From Candidatus Thorarchaeota archaeon (GTDB taxonomy: Archaea > Asgardarchaeota > Thorarchaeia > Thorarchaeales > Thorarchaeaceae), in contig JAEOUG010000029.1 in the NCBI GenBank assembly GCA_016839445.1, positions 1 to 24,866 on the forward strand: DNA of 24,866 nt, in the 5' to 3' direction. A program made the translations under genes and the position numbers. Below are positions 8,287 to 17,776 of this stretch, one piece after another. A model generated the notes under the pieces. It ran no database searches. It worked only from the letters and a program-made list of their open reading frames with translations, and was not told where the DNA came from. Position 1 is the stretch's first letter. Each line of letters opens with the position of its first letter.

Positions 8287-8431
8287 CAGTTGTACCCTGT
8301 GTGCCCTCGACTTGATTCCATAAAAAGGACTCTGCAAGTATTGCCATCATATTGGGCGCCCCTCGCTCACTTGACACCTTCAGAAAGACTATTACTCGCA
8401 TGCTCTCTTCTGATGCTGGTGAGGACTGCCT

Positions 8432-9214
8432 GTGCCATTCTCCTACTCGAGAGAGCTAGACCAGCTTTGGAAAGAAGTCGACCAACTGATAGACGACGAG
8501 CAGTACATTGAGGCGGAGAAGCGTCTGAGGTCATCTCTATCAGAGAATCCACAGAATGCTGACATAATGACCCGAATAGGAGAGGTCTTGGCCTATCAGC
8601 ACCGCGAGAGCGCGGCCGAGACCATGTTTAGGCAGGTCCTGTCCGTGGCACCGACTCACGAACCCGCAGTATCTTTTCTTGGAAGGCTCCTTGACAATAG
8701 CCTCAGAATAAGTGAGGCCGAAGACCTATTCAGGAAGGCGCTAGATGAGGCACCGGATTCTCACTGTGTCAGAGAAGACCTCTGCAGGCTACTCCACGAT
8801 GAGGGCCGGGCTGAAGAGGCGTTGAGAGAAGCACGTGATCATCAGGCTCAATTCAAGTCTACGCCTGAAGCCTACAACGCACTGCGCTATGTCCTGGTCC
8901 GGAGGGAGGAAGAGTTGGAAGACGAACTCGTTGAATCTGAGTGTGCGCCGGAGCTCTACATTGAACTGGCCAAGAACGTCATCGTGCAATACGATGTCCT
9001 CACATCACTTGAATCGGTGCTGAATGCGCGTTCCGCTGAAGATCTTGATGATGATATCGTCAAGGATGTCCAAGGGGACATCTTCAGAATCATTGGCGAA
9101 CTTGAAGACATACGAGGGCAGTTGCGCAAGAGGAAAGGGAAGACCCCACCAGAGATATCCAGACGTATTGAAGACATAGTCAATGATGCCAAGCGTCGGA
9201 GAGAACTGCTCTAG
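8432..9214 (+). CDS. Tetratricopeptide repeat protein
   Basis: Repeated helical A...L/F...L...P pattern (AEKRLRSSLSENP, AETMFRQVLSVAP, AEDLFRKALDEAP) followed by an acidic helical C-terminus. GGTGAGGA lies upstream of the GTG start. Confidence 0.75.
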   Translation: MPFSYSRELDQLWKEVDQLIDDEQYIEAEKRLRSSLSENPQNADIMTRIGEVLAYQHRESAAETMFRQVLSVAPTHEPAVSFLGRLLDNSLRISEAEDLFRKALDEAPDSHCVREDLCRLLHDEGRAEEALREARDHQAQFKSTPEAYNALRYVLVRREEELEDELVESECAPELYIELAKNVIVQYDVLTSLESVLNARSAEDLDDDIVKDVQGDIFRIIGELEDIRGQLRKRKGKTPPEISRRIEDIVNDAKRRRELL

Positions 9215-9221
9215 TCTTCCA

Positions 9222-9506
9222 TCACTGCCATCTGTAGCCTCTCTCTTCGAGATCAGGTGCTTCTGATTCAGAGAGGAGTATGACGTCTTGTATACCCGAG
9301 TTGATGAGCCAAATGTGCACTCTCGAACCCTTCATGCTGTCAAGCATCTTTGCTCTGTCTTCCGATTCGAACCCCATAACCTTGAGCAGACTTGTTAGGC
9401 TCACAGCTCTGTCCAGGTTCTTCCTCACTGCTGCTTGAACACGCTCCTTAGAGCCTGCAGTCATTTTCAGAATCTCAGGGTCTCGAAGAACTGCCTTTAT
9501 TCTCAT
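9222..9506 (-). CDS. Hypothetical protein (94 aa)
   Basis: ATG-initiated ORF with protein-like composition that fills the gap between two genes; probably co-transcribed with the prs-like gene. Confidence 0.65.
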   Translation of the reverse strand: MRIKAVLRDPEILKMTAGSKERVQAAVRKNLDRAVSLTSLLKVMGFESEDRAKMLDSMKGSRVHIWLINSGIQDVILLSESEAPDLEERGYRWQ

Positions 9507-9566
9507 CTTCCTTCGTACCGATACCTTCAGTCACTGAAATAAGCGTAACTCTCCCGCATGGCATGG

Positions 9567-10556
9567 TCAACGGATTGCCGCGATGATATCCTCCGCAATG
9601 TCGTGGACGAGATCTGGGTGTTTCTTGCAGAAGGCAACCGTGTGAACGCTGTTTGTAACCATTATATGACCGCCAGACTTCTCAATCAGTTCTTCAAAGC
9701 GCTCTTCTCCTCGGTCCGCCACAGGCATGACATGCAGGACAGCAATACCAACCTGTAGTGCTCCCTGGGACAGGAGCATTTCTCTGGCTTTTAGAAGCGT
9801 TCCTCCGCTCTTCGTGAGATCGTCGATGAGAATGACGTTCTTTCCGGCCACATCTACCTCACCATACATCTCAATGGTGTACGAATCGATTCTCCGCTTC
9901 TTCAGCCCTGGCACACCGAATCGCTTCTGAGCACCCTCATCAGGAGCAATGACCTTGTATTCATCGAAACCGAAACTCCTGGCAGCCTGCATAACGAGGC
10001 TTTCAATTAGGGCGATCTCCTTGTACACTCCGCTTGATATGAGATCGCTTACCCACTGATAGTGCGCGTCAACTACCGGGCCGACATTCCAGATTCGGTC
10101 GCAGTACGAAGCAATCTGCTTAGTTGCTATCTCGCATGACACAGCCTCTCCGGTCTTGAAGGCCTTGTCTTGTAGTGCGTAGGGTTGGAATGTGAGTACG
10201 ACATCAATCTGACTGGGCGGGACGAGGTTCGTTGTACTATACTCCTTGAAGCCGGTCTTCTCAACCTTGACGGGATGGCGCAAGGTTTCTAGTATGAGAA
10301 CCAGCTCCTGCACCCTGTCGGCGGTCGTCCAGTATGGTTCTTCTGCCGGGGTCGAACCTGTGCAACTCTGAATCACAACAACCCGTCTGTCGGAGAGGGA
10401 TTCTATGCCCGATACCCTGACATAGACATCTGAGTTAGGAAAGAACCTCTTTCCATCAGAGTTCAGTTCAAGATTGAGTACTCTGTATCCGAGTTCTTTG
10501 AACCTGGGCCCTAGATGTTCTGCACCGCTAGCCAATAAGACATCGAAGGACTCCAT
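9567..10556 (-). CDS. Divergent ribose-phosphate pyrophosphokinase (PRPP synthetase)-like protein
   Basis: FP.S.VYVRV, PYA.QDK.FK.GEAVS, IAPDEGA, KKRR and the PRT motif VILIDDLTKSGGTL are collinear with archaeal Prs. Confidence 0.8.
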   Translation of the reverse strand: MESFDVLLASGAEHLGPRFKELGYRVLNLELNSDGKRFFPNSDVYVRVSGIESLSDRRVVVIQSCTGSTPAEEPYWTTADRVQELVLILETLRHPVKVEKTGFKEYSTTNLVPPSQIDVVLTFQPYALQDKAFKTGEAVSCEIATKQIASYCDRIWNVGPVVDAHYQWVSDLISSGVYKEIALIESLVMQAARSFGFDEYKVIAPDEGAQKRFGVPGLKKRRIDSYTIEMYGEVDVAGKNVILIDDLTKSGGTLLKAREMLLSQGALQVGIAVLHVMPVADRGEERFEELIEKSGGHIMVTNSVHTVAFCKKHPDLVHDIAEDIIAAIR

Positions 10557-10644
10557 AGTACTTCACGTAACTCGGAAAGAGAGCGGACCATATGAAGTAT
10601 TTGACCACTCATTCATTCGGATTCCTTATACGCTGGAAGCCCAA

Positions 10645-11658
10645 ATGGTATCTGGGTATTCATCTGTGAAGCTGAGGATTGAGGAGTGTACAGATGTCGA
10701 TTTGTACACAGAGGCATGGAAAGAGGCGATGGAGGATCTTTACTGGTACGTGGAGGACCCCGTCTTTGACTTCAACAGAGATGAGGAGATCAGTGAGATA
10801 AGGTCCACAATTGGCCAAGAGGGGAGTGTCTTCGTGATTGCTGTAGACAAGAAGTCAGAAAGGCCAGTTGGCGTTGTCGGCTTCAGTCTGCGGAACGAGG
10901 GGGCTTTCCTGCGAAGGTGGGAGCCCGGTGTGCCTGCAGGACTGCGCGCCACCGAGGTAGCGAAGGAGCTGATGAAGGAAGCGAGGAAACTAGCTAAGAG
11001 CCGAGGAGCAAAGCGTATGCGGGTTCTCTTGAAGCACCCACATGGCGCCCCTGAGCTGGCTGAGTGGCATCTTGGTATCTATCGTGACTCGGGCTTCAAG
11101 CCAATCGGCTTGCCGAATGTCGACCTGACCATGCGTCTCGCTAATACAATCCGTCCTGTAGAGCCAAAGGTGAGTTTTCAAGTCCTAACCGGGGAACAGA
11201 TTACACCTCAGGAGACTGCTGAGTACATCATTCGAGCCTATGCTTCGAAACCGGAGGATGCAGTGCTCTTCGAAGATGATACGTCTGTAACGGACCCTGA
11301 GCAAGCTCTTCGCTTCGCCGAGAACGTCGTAGCAGGCCACTATGGTGACTCACCAAATGAGTTTCGTAGAGTGCTCTTGGTTGATGGGGAGCCTGCTAGC
11401 ATTGTGGGCGCCTTTGCTATTGACTCTGCATTCAAGCCCCTCACCGGTGTTCTTGGCCCCGTAGGGACATTCCCCGAATACCGCAATCAGGGACTTGGCA
11501 GATTCCTTGTGGAACAGACGCTAGAGGCGCTGCGCATGTATGGGTGTGAGTATGCCGCCGTGGGCACGGGCGAGGCAAACACCAGAGCGATTTCTCTCTA
11601 TGAGAAGCTCGGCTTTCGTCTGGCTTGCCAATTGAGGTGGTACGAACTCAAGCTCTAG
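10645..11658 (+). CDS. Tandem (double-domain) GNAT acetyltransferase
   Basis: C-terminal motif A (VGTFPEYRNQGLG) and N.RAISLYEKLGF; a degenerate N-terminal GNAT ends in YRDSGF. Start is ATG 10645 or GTG 10666; the longer ORF overlaps the prs-like gene. Confidence 0.85.
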   Translation: MVSGYSSVKLRIEECTDVDLYTEAWKEAMEDLYWYVEDPVFDFNRDEEISEIRSTIGQEGSVFVIAVDKKSERPVGVVGFSLRNEGAFLRRWEPGVPAGLRATEVAKELMKEARKLAKSRGAKRMRVLLKHPHGAPELAEWHLGIYRDSGFKPIGLPNVDLTMRLANTIRPVEPKVSFQVLTGEQITPQETAEYIIRAYASKPEDAVLFEDDTSVTDPEQALRFAENVVAGHYGDSPNEFRRVLLVDGEPASIVGAFAIDSAFKPLTGVLGPVGTFPEYRNQGLGRFLVEQTLEALRMYGCEYAAVGTGEANTRAISLYEKLGFRLACQLRWYELKL

Positions 11659-11738
11659 CACTCGGGGGAAACTCAAATATGGAAGCGGAGGTTTCCTCCT
11701 TACCTCATTTGATTCTCGAATGAGTTGAGGTATTCGCT

Positions 11739-12122
11739 ATGGAAATCCCATCTATACTCAAGTATACATTCTTGCTTCATATGATAGTGGCGTTCGTGTT
11801 TGGAGTCTGGTACTTCATTTCTCCTGATACGTGGGTGACTCTCGTATCATGGCCTTACTTCGACCCGGTCAGTGACCGCTTCATGGCCGCGCTGATGATA
11901 GGATTCGGAGTGAGTTCGCTCCTTGCGTACAGGGCACAGTCGTGGGAGCAGGTGGAGATTATAGTGCTTTCAGAAATTGCCTTCACCCTGGTCGCCACGA
12001 TTGGCTGGGTATGGTCGATGTTCGACCCCTTGGTCCCTGCCATTGGCTGGGCTCTTACTGGACTTGTGGCACTATTCCTCGTGTTGTTCAGCTTCTCCTA
12101 TTACACCGCAACACGTAGTTGA
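11739..12122 (+). CDS. Hypothetical 4-TM membrane protein
   Basis: Four hydrophobic helices; GAGGT SD-like sequence upstream. Confidence 0.75.
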   Translation: MEIPSILKYTFLLHMIVAFVFGVWYFISPDTWVTLVSWPYFDPVSDRFMAALMIGFGVSSLLAYRAQSWEQVEIIVLSEIAFTLVATIGWVWSMFDPLVPAIGWALTGLVALFLVLFSFSYYTATRS

Positions 12123-12150
12123 GGATTAGAGAAGCGATACTAGATTGCGG

Positions 12151-14175
12151 CTACCTTCTGCCACGATAGAGTATCTTGCTGCTGTCGCCCTCACAACGAC
12201 TTGAATTGCCGATGATCACATCATGAGGTCTGTCCTCGATAATCCAGTTGTGTGACTCTGCATCGTAGAAGGCGAGGTCCCCCGCCTTGAGAGTGATCCT
12301 CGCCGCTTTTCTTTCTCCTGGCTCCAGATGTACTTTCTCGAAGCCAATGAGTTCCCTGGGAGGTCTCTCCACTCGTGAGTTCGTGTTCTCCAGGTAGAGC
12401 TGAAGTACTTCGGCACCTGGCCTTTCGCCAATGTTCTCGATTGCTACTTCCAGTACCGTAGTGTCTTCTGGGCTGTTCAGAATCTCTCTCTCCAGCTGGA
12501 TGTAGTCCAACCTGAATTCCGTATAAGAGAGCCCGAATCCGAACGGGAACAACGGCTCGATACCCTGCTTGTCAAACCACCTGTACCCAACGTAGATGCC
12601 CTCGTCGTACCATACCCGCTTCTCTTCATCTCCAGGATATGTTCTCGGGGAGCCAGAGCTGTGTGCCGGGGAGTCCTCAATCCGCGCAGGGAAGGTGATT
12701 GGTAGCTTGCCTGATGGATTGGTCGTCCCAAAGAGGGCATCGGCAATGGCATGTCCTCCCTCCATGCCTGGGTACCACGCCATGAGAACGGCCTGCACGT
12801 CGTCAATCCACTCTGACATTGCTATGGGGCTGCCCGCTATCAAGACAACTACGACTGGACGCCCCAGTAGGGCAACCTCCTTGATGAGCTTGACTTGCTT
12901 GTCGGGGAGTTCGAGTCTCTTCCTATCTCGTGTTTCTGAGTCCTTTCCTCTTCCGTGATCCAGGCCCACGAAGACGACACAGGCTTGGGCGCCTTGGACG
13001 CAGCGCAGTCTGTCTTGAGGAGGAGGCATTACGTTCTTGTGCCGAAGCATACCCTCAAGTGGCGTCACCTCCTGCGGAGGCACGACCGCAGAACTCCCTC
13101 CGTAGAGAAGCCTGCCGAACTTCTTCTTCAGGTGTGTTCCGAAGATACAGACGAGATCTTTCTTGTCAAGAGGTAAGAGTCCTCCCTCATTCTTGAGAAG
13201 GACCATTCCTTCTTCCGCCACCCTTCTAGCGACAGCTTGATTGTGGATGGTGCTCACGGCCTGAGGCGTAGACTGAGGCCCGTCTGCGAAAGCTCCAGTC
13301 ATGTACATCACCTTCAGGTACCTAATGATAAGATCGTGAAGAGACTCCTCGGAAAACTCGCCTGCTTCGAAAGCCTTCTCAAGTGCAGAAGTCTTGTAGA
13401 TTTTTGGCCATGGCATCTCAAGTGAGAGACCTGCGTTGATGCATTGTGCAGTCGACTTCATTGGCCTTGTGGCAAACCAATCGGTCATCACAAAGCCTTG
13501 GAACCCCCATTTCTTCATGAGTACCTCCCTTATCAGGTACTCATGTCCGCTGCAATAGACTCCATTCACCTTGTTATATGCTGACATGACGGCCCAAGGG
13601 TCTGCTTCTTTCACCACTCCCTCGAAGGCCCGAAGGTAGGTCTCGTGCAGAGTGCGTTCATCAATCTCGGAGCTGCTCGAGCCGCGATCGGTTTCCTGGT
13701 TGTTTGCGGCGTAGTGCTTGATACATGCGCCTACGCCTTCACTCTGGATGCCCACTACAACTGGGGCTGCAATCTCTCTTGTGAGGCAGGGGTCCTCGCT
13801 GAAGTACTCGAACGTGCGGCCGTTCAAAGGAGTCCTTGCGATATTGATGCCCGGAGCGAGGAGCATGTGCCTCCCTGAGGCGCGGACTTCTTGGCCCATG
13901 GCCGCTCCAACCTCTCTGGCAAGATCTCGATTCCATGTTGCAGCCAAGGCAATCGTTGCTGGGAATCTGGTTGCTTTCTTCCGGGTGGAGTGATATGCCA
14001 CTCCTAGAGGGCCGTCTGTGACCTTGAACGATGGAATGCCTAGCCGCTGGTTCGGCTTTGTCGAGTAGAACCTATGGTAGCCATGACTTGCGAGGATCTG
14101 GAACTTCTCCTTTAAGGTCATCTCACGAATGAGATCTCTCGCTTTCTGTTCTGCTGCATTCTGAGTCCGCGGCAT
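12151..14175 (-). CDS. GH3 beta-glucosidase (cytoplasmic, C-terminal Fn3-like domain)
   Basis: TDGP.G, LLAPG.NI.RTP.NGR.FEYFSEDP, KHY, MSAYN, GFVMTDW (nucleophile Asp), WYPG.EGG, NPSGKLP.TFP, EG.YVGYRWFD and FPFGFGLSYT. No signal peptide. Confidence 0.95.
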   Translation of the reverse strand: MPRTQNAAEQKARDLIREMTLKEKFQILASHGYHRFYSTKPNQRLGIPSFKVTDGPLGVAYHSTRKKATRFPATIALAATWNRDLAREVGAAMGQEVRASGRHMLLAPGINIARTPLNGRTFEYFSEDPCLTREIAAPVVVGIQSEGVGACIKHYAANNQETDRGSSSSEIDERTLHETYLRAFEGVVKEADPWAVMSAYNKVNGVYCSGHEYLIREVLMKKWGFQGFVMTDWFATRPMKSTAQCINAGLSLEMPWPKIYKTSALEKAFEAGEFSEESLHDLIIRYLKVMYMTGAFADGPQSTPQAVSTIHNQAVARRVAEEGMVLLKNEGGLLPLDKKDLVCIFGTHLKKKFGRLLYGGSSAVVPPQEVTPLEGMLRHKNVMPPPQDRLRCVQGAQACVVFVGLDHGRGKDSETRDRKRLELPDKQVKLIKEVALLGRPVVVVLIAGSPIAMSEWIDDVQAVLMAWYPGMEGGHAIADALFGTTNPSGKLPITFPARIEDSPAHSSGSPRTYPGDEEKRVWYDEGIYVGYRWFDKQGIEPLFPFGFGLSYTEFRLDYIQLEREILNSPEDTTVLEVAIENIGERPGAEVLQLYLENTNSRVERPPRELIGFEKVHLEPGERKAARITLKAGDLAFYDAESHNWIIEDRPHDVIIGNSSRCEGDSSKILYRGRR

Positions 14176-14268
14176 GGAATTCCCCTGTGCAAACTGTCTT
14201 ACAATCTTTCTGTTTGGCCGCAGGCCTTCGATTCGGCAAGACTGGCCTAGTTGTGGCTGGCTCCGGAT

Positions 14269-14754
14269 TCACCGCCACTTCGCCGGCTCTTGGCCCCACT
14301 CTCTCAGGGTGCGAGCCAGCTCCCCAATGTGGTGCATGTTGTGTCTCAGGAGATAGACGTACTTCTCGAACACACACTTGAACCAGTAGAACCCGTCCTT
14401 CTCCGCGAGATCTTGAGGCGAAAGCTCGTTTAGACGAGCGGTCAGTTCGTCTTGGACCTCCTCTAGGAACTCCAGCACAAGCTCTTTGGTAATGAGGGGT
14501 AGGACATCCTTCTCGATGTTCATTTCCTTGCTCCAGGTGAAGCCGGCCCGTTCCCCCCACTTCATTCTCTCTGGGTTCGAGTCGTTGTAGAATCGCATGG
14601 TTTCTACGACATGATATGCAGTGAGTGAGAAGAACCACTTCCCAGTCCCTTGGTGCCACCTATCACTAGCGACCCTCTCCACTGCATCCTTGAGCATTGC
14701 GCAGCTCGACTTGTACTGCTCAAGCAGTGAGTCAATAATGCACGTGTCAGTCAT
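14269..14754 (-). CDS. DinB/YfiT superfamily protein
   Basis: AYHV and LRHNMHHIGEL give the His metal triad of DinB-like four-helix bundles. Confidence 0.8.
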   Translation of the reverse strand: MTDTCIIDSLLEQYKSSCAMLKDAVERVASDRWHQGTGKWFFSLTAYHVVETMRFYNDSNPERMKWGERAGFTWSKEMNIEKDVLPLITKELVLEFLEEVQDELTARLNELSPQDLAEKDGFYWFKCVFEKYVYLLRHNMHHIGELARTLREWGQEPAKWR

Positions 14755-14829
14755 TTCAGACCCTCACTCCATATTGCATCCATAGGTTTCTCATGAGGGC
14801 ACAAAAGCGCTTCGACCTCTTTTGGCTCT

Positions 14830-15282
14830 CTAGCCGAGCTTGAGCTTCCAGAGCCGGTAGCTCTCATACCATGCGAACAGGGCCGCTGCTACTCCCGCCG
14901 CCAGAGCAATGTACCTATCGAAGAAGCCTGGCCATGTCTGCATGCTCAGAACGAAGTAGGCTATCGTGTATGCTGTGAAGAAGAAGGCTACGAAGACGTA
15001 CCGAGGCAGGAATCTCCCTCTGAATTCCATGAAGTTACGCAGTACACCCACTTTCACGAACCGCTTCACTTCGTATGAGTTGTCTGGTTGCTTTTCTATG
15101 AGTTCAAGGGCTGCCAGCTTGGCCAGATGATGACTGGCGACAGACGGACTAGACATTCCCATCGCCCTCTGTACCTCTCTGACTCCAACAGGCTCGTTTT
15201 GTGAGAGGATATACCAATATACGCGAAGCGTGTTCCCCCGAAGCTGCGACTCGACCTCACCTGCGTCTTCAGTATCCGACAT
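14830..15282 (-). CDS. Membrane-tethered winged-helix (ArsR-like) transcription regulator
   Basis: N-terminal wHTH (TLRVYWYIL..PVGVREVQRAMGMSSPSVASHHL.KL..L.LIEK) followed by two TM helices. Confidence 0.8.
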   Translation of the reverse strand: MSDTEDAGEVESQLRGNTLRVYWYILSQNEPVGVREVQRAMGMSSPSVASHHLAKLAALELIEKQPDNSYEVKRFVKVGVLRNFMEFRGRFLPRYVFVAFFFTAYTIAYFVLSMQTWPGFFDRYIALAAGVAAALFAWYESYRLWKLKLG

Positions 15283-15419
15283 GCAATTCTCCGCTCGGTT
15301 TCAAGTGTGTTGCTTGCCGTTTAATCTGTTGCTCAAGTCGACGAGATCGCGCTGTTCTACTCTGTGGACGGGGTGTACTAATCCGTGGTACTAAGTACGA
15401 GTGTCACTATCCTGTAGCT

Positions 15420-17684
15420 ATGCTGTCGTTCAGTCTTAGTGCGCTTGATGGAGATGTCAAGAGGAAGATCACTGCGGCAGGAGTTGCATCCACACTTCTT
15501 GCAGTCGGTCTGGTTACTACTCTGGGCCTCTTAGGGGGCGCCTTCTGGAACCCTTGGGTCCCGAACCCGCATCCGAATAACCCATTCTACACGATTGATG
15601 ACATTGTACCTGGGGACTTCGCAGACTTCCATCCATACGAGGAGGTCTTCACGCCGAACTCCCCGATGTACAGCATAGCGCCTGGGTTGGCGAACATTGC
15701 CAATCTCAACAGGTTCCCAACCCTCCCCTCTTCTGTTGTCGCAATGATAGAGTCGAATGGATTTGCTGTGGTGTCCCAATCCCAATATGAGCAGATTCAC
15801 GAGATTCTGATCCAGAACGACCGTGACGGAATTCCGAGCTTTGTGTCTTCAGACGCAGTACTCCATGCCTACCATGTGCTCTACGACCTTGCTCTCAGAG
15901 AAGTCGAGGTCTATTCATTCTGGGATCTTCTAGGCAACCTTACAGAGACCTTGCTCGATGTGTCGCTAGACCAGTACCAGTCGGCTCCGGAAGGGAGATG
16001 GAAAGAGGCTGCGATGAGGAATCTGATGTTCTTCCAGGTCGCCCTCTCGTTGCTTGACAACGAATCTGTCATTTCACCGGAGTTTCCGCCTGAGGTCGAG
16101 CCGGCTGTATCACATGTTCTCTCTCTAATCGAAGACCACTCCGAGATGACAGAGGAATGGTTCATGGGCTACAAAGAGGACTTCACTCAGTTCGTGCCAA
16201 GAGGCCACTATACTAGGAGTGAACGACTTGAGCGCTACTTCTTGGCTATGATGTGGTTTGGTCGTGTATCTTTCAGGCTCCAACCCTTGCCTCCTCCAGC
16301 ATCCAACGAGAAGGGCATGAACAACACAGCACAAGCGATACTGATCAGTCTGGCACTGGAGGAGCAGGTACCTAGCATTGACGGTAGTCCGACTGGACTA
16401 CACATCTGGGATGCTCTCTATGAGCCTACCGCCTTCTTTGTCGGATCGGCTGACGACCTATTACCTGCCGAGTATCTTGACTTGATCGGAATCATCTATG
16501 GAGAAGTGACAGATCTGTCTGTGCTAGACGATGATGATCTGCTTGCTCAGTTCATTGATGATGCATTGGATCTACGAGAGCCGCTCATAATCGGGCACCC
16601 AATTCCTGATACACTGAACATCACCGCGACCATGGGTCTAAGGTTCATGGGTCAGCGCTATGTGCCAGACAGCTACATACTTGGTCAGCTAGTGTACACG
16701 AATGTCGGGACCCTCATGGAGCCAAGGTTGATGCCCTCTGGGCTGGACGTAATGGCTGCACTTGGTTCTGATAGGGCATGGGAGCTACTCGATAGCGAGA
16801 AGCACTACGAGAACTATGTTTCGCAGATGCAGTTCCTCTGGAATCAGATCGGGAATATGACAGAGTCCGAGTGGACACACAATCTCTACTATCTCTGGCT
16901 CTACTCCCTCCTGCCGCTTCTCTCGGATCCCGGTGAGGGCTATCCCTATTTCATGCAGAGTGAGGCCTGGGTCGACAAACAGCTATCTACTGCGCTTGCA
17001 TCTTGGGCCGAACTAAGGCATGATACAATCCTCTATGCGAAGCAGTCATACACTGTCGAGCTCACGGGGCTGCCTCCGGAAGCGAATGGCTATGTGGAAC
17101 CAGTGCCTGCAGTCTACGCTCGTCTGGCATCACTGTGCAAGATGATGATTGATGGTCTTGAATCAAGGTCACTCCTCTCCACAACGATAGGAACCAAGCT
17201 GAGCACCCTTCATTCATTCCTGCTATCGCTACAGAGTATATCCATAAAGGAACTAACAGGAGTGGCTCTCAATAGCACTGACTACTCGACCATTAGAAAG
17301 AGTGGTAGAACGCTGGCGACCATTGTTGAATTACCCACCGACGACATGCTGGTGTCGGATGCTGACGATGATATGGCCGTCATCGCTGATGTCCATACAG
17401 ATCCGAATGATGGTCTTGTTCTCGAAGAGGCTGTAGGAAGACCAATGGTGATTCTCGTTGCCGTCAACGTTGGAGGCCAAGTAGTCCTCACTCAAGGTGG
17501 CGTGTTCTCCTACTACGAGTTCACATGGCCAATGGATGACAGACTCACCGATGAAGCTTGGCAGGACATGCTTGATCAGGGCGAGCAACCGCCACTTCCA
17601 TTATGGACTAGTAGCTTCATCGTGGAGTCCTTCAACATTCAGCCCGCAGCAGTCGCTACGTCTTCTGACATCAGGAAGAAGTAA
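15420..17684 (+). CDS. DUF3160 domain secreted/membrane-anchored protein
   Basis: Recognisable motifs: DA.LH.YH, EDFTQF.PRGHYT, YFLAMMW.GR, RFMGQRY.PDS, ASWAELRHDTILYAKQSY, GYVEP.P, IADVHT and GGVFSYYEF..RLTDE.W. N-terminal TM segment. Start approximate. Confidence 0.85.
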   Translation: MLSFSLSALDGDVKRKITAAGVASTLLAVGLVTTLGLLGGAFWNPWVPNPHPNNPFYTIDDIVPGDFADFHPYEEVFTPNSPMYSIAPGLANIANLNRFPTLPSSVVAMIESNGFAVVSQSQYEQIHEILIQNDRDGIPSFVSSDAVLHAYHVLYDLALREVEVYSFWDLLGNLTETLLDVSLDQYQSAPEGRWKEAAMRNLMFFQVALSLLDNESVISPEFPPEVEPAVSHVLSLIEDHSEMTEEWFMGYKEDFTQFVPRGHYTRSERLERYFLAMMWFGRVSFRLQPLPPPASNEKGMNNTAQAILISLALEEQVPSIDGSPTGLHIWDALYEPTAFFVGSADDLLPAEYLDLIGIIYGEVTDLSVLDDDDLLAQFIDDALDLREPLIIGHPIPDTLNITATMGLRFMGQRYVPDSYILGQLVYTNVGTLMEPRLMPSGLDVMAALGSDRAWELLDSEKHYENYVSQMQFLWNQIGNMTESEWTHNLYYLWLYSLLPLLSDPGEGYPYFMQSEAWVDKQLSTALASWAELRHDTILYAKQSYTVELTGLPPEANGYVEPVPAVYARLASLCKMMIDGLESRSLLSTTIGTKLSTLHSFLLSLQSISIKELTGVALNSTDYSTIRKSGRTLATIVELPTDDMLVSDADDDMAVIADVHTDPNDGLVLEEAVGRPMVILVAVNVGGQVVLTQGGVFSYYEFTWPMDDRLTDEAWQDMLDQGEQPPLPLWTSSFIVESFNIQPAAVATSSDIRKK

Positions 17685-17690
17685 TCTTTT

Positions 17691-17718
17691 GGGGCCTCTG
17701 AAGGCCCCCTCCTCTTTC
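17691..17718. terminator. Hairpin between convergent genes (candidate terminator)
   Basis: GGGGCCT-CTGA-AGGCCCC (17691-17708), flanked by TCTTTT and the pyrimidine tract CTCCTCTTTC. Confidence 0.55.
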
Positions 17719-17776
17719 CATGAGTGGTTTTCTGGACTGGATTCCACTCGTCGCGAAAGGGCCCCGTTTCGTTAGA

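Noticed and set aside
8342-8350. Second ATGATGGCA (minus strand) upstream of cysS, identical to the start of the SECIS-like core
   Set aside because: No matching helix II or 3' GA partner is visible, and it lies upstream of the likely TATA (TTTTTAT at about 8316-8310). A 9-mer match could be chance.
10474-10644. Extended GNAT N-terminus overlapping the prs-like gene
   Set aside because: Head-to-head overlap leaves no room for promoters, and the GNAT fold begins after 10645.
11687-11728. Short inverted repeats GGAGG-TTT-CCTCC and CTCATT...AATGAG between the GNAT and 4-TM genes
   Set aside because: The 5-6 bp arms are near chance level. They could be a weak terminator or operator, but this cannot be supported.
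15201-15419. Cys-rich N-terminal extension of the DUF3160 ORF
   Set aside because: It overlaps the divergent regulator and its promoter; the membrane-targeting segment starts after 15420.
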